Shown here piece after piece: positions 61,772-64,000 of a stretch of 64,000 nucleotides of DNA; position 1 is the first letter of the stretch, and each line of letters begins with the position of its first letter. The DNA is from an uncultured Candidatus Saccharibacteria bacterium (GTDB lineage: Bacteria > Patescibacteriota > Minisyncoccia > Phycocordibacterales > UBA9973). The translations under genes were made by a program, and so were the position numbers. Location: the NCBI GenBank assembly GCA_964544225.1, contig CAZIZK010000004.1:883-64882 (forward strand). Reading direction: 5' to 3'. The notes beneath the pieces were generated by a model that was not told the origin of the DNA, ran no database searches, and was given only the letters and a program-made list of their open reading frames with translations.

Positions 61772-62088
61772 TGACAGAGAATAATAAGCCGAATTCTGTA
61801 CCTCAGTAGATATTTATCTGGGCCTACAATTACTTGCAAGCTCTAGCGATTCTTCCCTCGATTACTCTTAGGACACGATCTTGCACACATGTAAGGATTT
61901 AGCCGTTTCACTTTTGTATTTCTACAAACTTCTCCCTAACGGGAGTCTAGCCTTTCGGCATTGACGTCACTGCTCGCACCTCTACCCTCACGGGCGATGG
62001 GTATTACCCACTACAATCCTCCTCTTACGAGGGTGTGTTCGGACTTTCCTCACCAAGTTTCCTTGGCGCATCTACTTCTTTTCTGTCA
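61772..62088 (-). ncRNA. rnpB: RNase P RNA
   Basis: Minus strand carries GAGGAAAGTCC and ACAGAATTCGGCTTA (P4 halves); P1 TGACAGA/TCTGTCA closes the ends. Confidence 0.93.
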
Positions 62089-62115
62089 CAAACATTATAC
62101 CAGAAGAAAAGGTGC

Positions 62116-62385
62116 TTGACAACCACCATACTATTTGATATACTCTTTGTGTGAGTTAATGATTCCAATAATTATTAAAAACAAATGCCTCACAAAACCC
62201 CCGCAAGGGGGTTTTGTGTTGGGTGGCGTTTTATCTATAGATAATATATAATATTTAGGCAGTCGCTTTTGTGTTTTCAGTCAGCGGCTGCGCTCACATA
62301 GGCATTTGTGTTGGGGTTAGCACCCGCTGACTAAAGGCACAAAAACAAAAAGACCTCCGATTCCTCGGAGGTCTTTTTGTTTTTG
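62116..62385 (+). ncRNA. Candidate unannotated structured RNA locus
   Basis: TTGACA-17-TATACT; CACAAAACCCC/GGGGTTTTGTG hairpin; 21-bp stem 62267-62344; terminal AAAGACCTCCGA/TCGGAGGTCTTT terminator. Confidence 0.5.
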
Positions 62386-62387
62386 TA

Positions 62388-63764
62388 TTAGTGATGCGCT
62401 ACGTGTGCAGACTTCTTCTTTGTTACTGTACGAACTATCATAGCTATAACAAGAATGATCAGTATCAGTATCAGCCAACCAAAGAATGTGTTCGGGAAGA
62501 AACTTCCACCTGATAGACCTACCGCTGCTGATAATGATGAAGAATCTGAATTCGAATTTGTTGTATTACTTGTTACAGTATTTGAAGATGAACTTGCATC
62601 CGCATTGTTAGTACCAGAGAAAGCACTTTTCACTTTATTGTAGATACGGTTAGTTGTACCTGTACTTGTATTACTACCACCGTTTGTACCATACATATAA
62701 TCATAAGTACGATATGTTGTACCACCACCTGTCGGATAGTATGGAGGGTTTGGTGGGTAATAAGGTGGGTTCGGTGGGTAGTAAGGATTTGGGTTTGGAT
62801 TGTATCCCCCATTGTTTGTAGTAATAGTTATATAACTTGTATCACTACTTGTACTGTTCGAAGCATACAATGTGTAAGTGTTTGTATTGGCTGATGGGTA
62901 CACAGCATAACTGGATGCTGATAGTGCATTGTAACCAGATGGTGACAGTGTCACATTTGTACAGTTGGTTGTATTCCATGACAAGTAAACAGTGTTACCA
63001 CGTGTTATGTAGTATGAATTTGCATTGAATGAACTAATGTAACACTTGTTACCTGTTGGTGTTGGTGGTGTGTAAGTACCAGCAAGTGTAGTAAATGACA
63101 GGACTGTAGTTGCACGTGTTGTGCCGTTGGCATTGACCCCTACTGCACGATAGTAATACGTAGTCAGAGGTGACAAGCCAGACAAGTTCGCTGAATAGTT
63201 ACCCGAGTTTGAACTTACAGAAATATTTGATGTAGTACTAGACAATGAGACACTGCTTGTGCCGTATTCGAAATACACAGAACCAAGATTATTGTTCATG
63301 TTGTAGAAGCCATTGAGTGTTGCAGAATATGAAGCAATATTTATAGCTGATGCTGTGCTCATAACAGGCATAACACTACTTGTAGTCTTTGTAGTAAAAG
63401 TAATTGTTGGATTACCCCATGTAGAACCGATACCGTTTGTACCTACAGCCTGTACATAATATGTTGTACCAGGTGTAAGGCCCGAGATTGTTACGCTATA
63501 GTTACCTGCTGTAAGTGCTGGCACTGTTGCAAGTGGTGACAAAGTACCCAAGATTGGAGATGTACCGTAGTCAAAGAATATCTGGGTCATACCTGATCCC
63601 CCATCGTTGTAGAAACCATTGAGTGTTGCTGATGTGGTAGTAACAGCTGTAGCAGAAGAAGTGCTCATAATAGGTGCAGTTGCAGCAAAAGTTGTGCCTG
63701 CAAAGCCAAATACGGCCACCAATGTAGCGATTCCAAGTATTAGTTTGTTTTGTATGTTTTTCAT
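62388..63764 (-). CDS. Surface protein with two FN3-like domains, YYPPNPP repeats and C-terminal anchor
   Basis: SATLNG...F.YGT...GL.P.TTYY x2; FFPNT plus TM plus basic/His tail. Confidence 0.78.
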   Translation of the reverse strand: MKNIQNKLILGIATLVAVFGFAGTTFAATAPIMSTSSATAVTTTSATLNGFYNDGGSGMTQIFFDYGTSPILGTLSPLATVPALTAGNYSVTISGLTPGTTYYVQAVGTNGIGSTWGNPTITFTTKTTSSVMPVMSTASAINIASYSATLNGFYNMNNNLGSVYFEYGTSSVSLSSTTSNISVSSNSGNYSANLSGLSPLTTYYYRAVGVNANGTTRATTVLSFTTLAGTYTPPTPTGNKCYISSFNANSYYITRGNTVYLSWNTTNCTNVTLSPSGYNALSASSYAVYPSANTNTYTLYASNSTSSDTSYITITTNNGGYNPNPNPYYPPNPPYYPPNPPYYPTGGGTTYRTYDYMYGTNGGSNTSTGTTNRIYNKVKSAFSGTNNADASSSSNTVTSNTTNSNSDSSSLSAAVGLSGGSFFPNTFFGWLILILIILVIAMIVRTVTKKKSAHVAHH

Positions 63765-63910
63765 ATGTATTTATATGCCTATCTATACAGACGGGCCCTA
63801 TTAAATTAACTTACAGATTATAGCATACTAGACCCCATTTTGTCAAGTACTATCATTGACAAATGCCCTAAAATATGCTAATATACAGGCAAACAATAAT
63901 ACATCGAAAA

Positions 63911-64000
63911 ATGAAGAAAATCAGCTTGATTGCCCTTCTGGCGATCACAATCGGATCCTTGCACGCACAAGTAAAAAGCGTAACCTTAGATTCAACCAAA
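63911..64000 (+). CDS. Secreted protein, 5' end only
   Basis: MKKISLIALLAITIGSLHAQVKSVTLDST signal peptide; runs off the window. Confidence 0.55.
   Translation, partial: MKKISLIALLAITIGSLHAQVKSVTLDSTK

Noticed and set aside
61933-61946. CTCCCTAACGGGAG resembling the repeat end
   Set aside because: A short self-contained hairpin within RNase P RNA, without partner arm or ATG duplication; likely coincidence.
62257-62350. SRP (4.5S) RNA call for the long hairpin
   Set aside because: Lacks the conserved CAGG...GGAA...AGCAG domain IV motif on either strand; kept only as an unknown RNA candidate.

Overview
Chromosomal window from a small-genome bacterium. The short IF2, TrbC/VirB2-like pilin array, DUF4446/DUF167/META genes and many -10 boxes directly upstream of start codons point to Patescibacteria/CPR, probably Parcubacteria (inference, genetic code 11). 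Housekeeping genes: clpB (partial), cysteine desulfurase, infB, rbfA, gyrA, rpsA, pth, lepB, hisS, def, fmt, hpf, csp, purA, guaB, gdhA, purH, pepN, rsmE, rnhB, dnaE, secA, five tRNAs and RNase P RNA. Most unusual signals: (1) three 82-119 bp elements bounded by TCCCGTTAGAA...TTCTAACGGG, each sitting exactly at a start codon and flanked by a duplicated ATGRA, two of them with a covarying internal hairpin; (2) in-frame palindromic insertions inside pepN, rnhB and infB; (3) a ~5.3 kb patchwork of truncated, mostly Bacteroidota-looking gene fragments running up to the CCA end of tRNA-Asn with no integrase, which is either DNA capture or a chimeric assembly; (4) an unannotated structured RNA locus divergent from rnpB; (5) two tiny, very basic ORFs missed by the ORF track. 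All product calls come from motif recognition; no database search was run.
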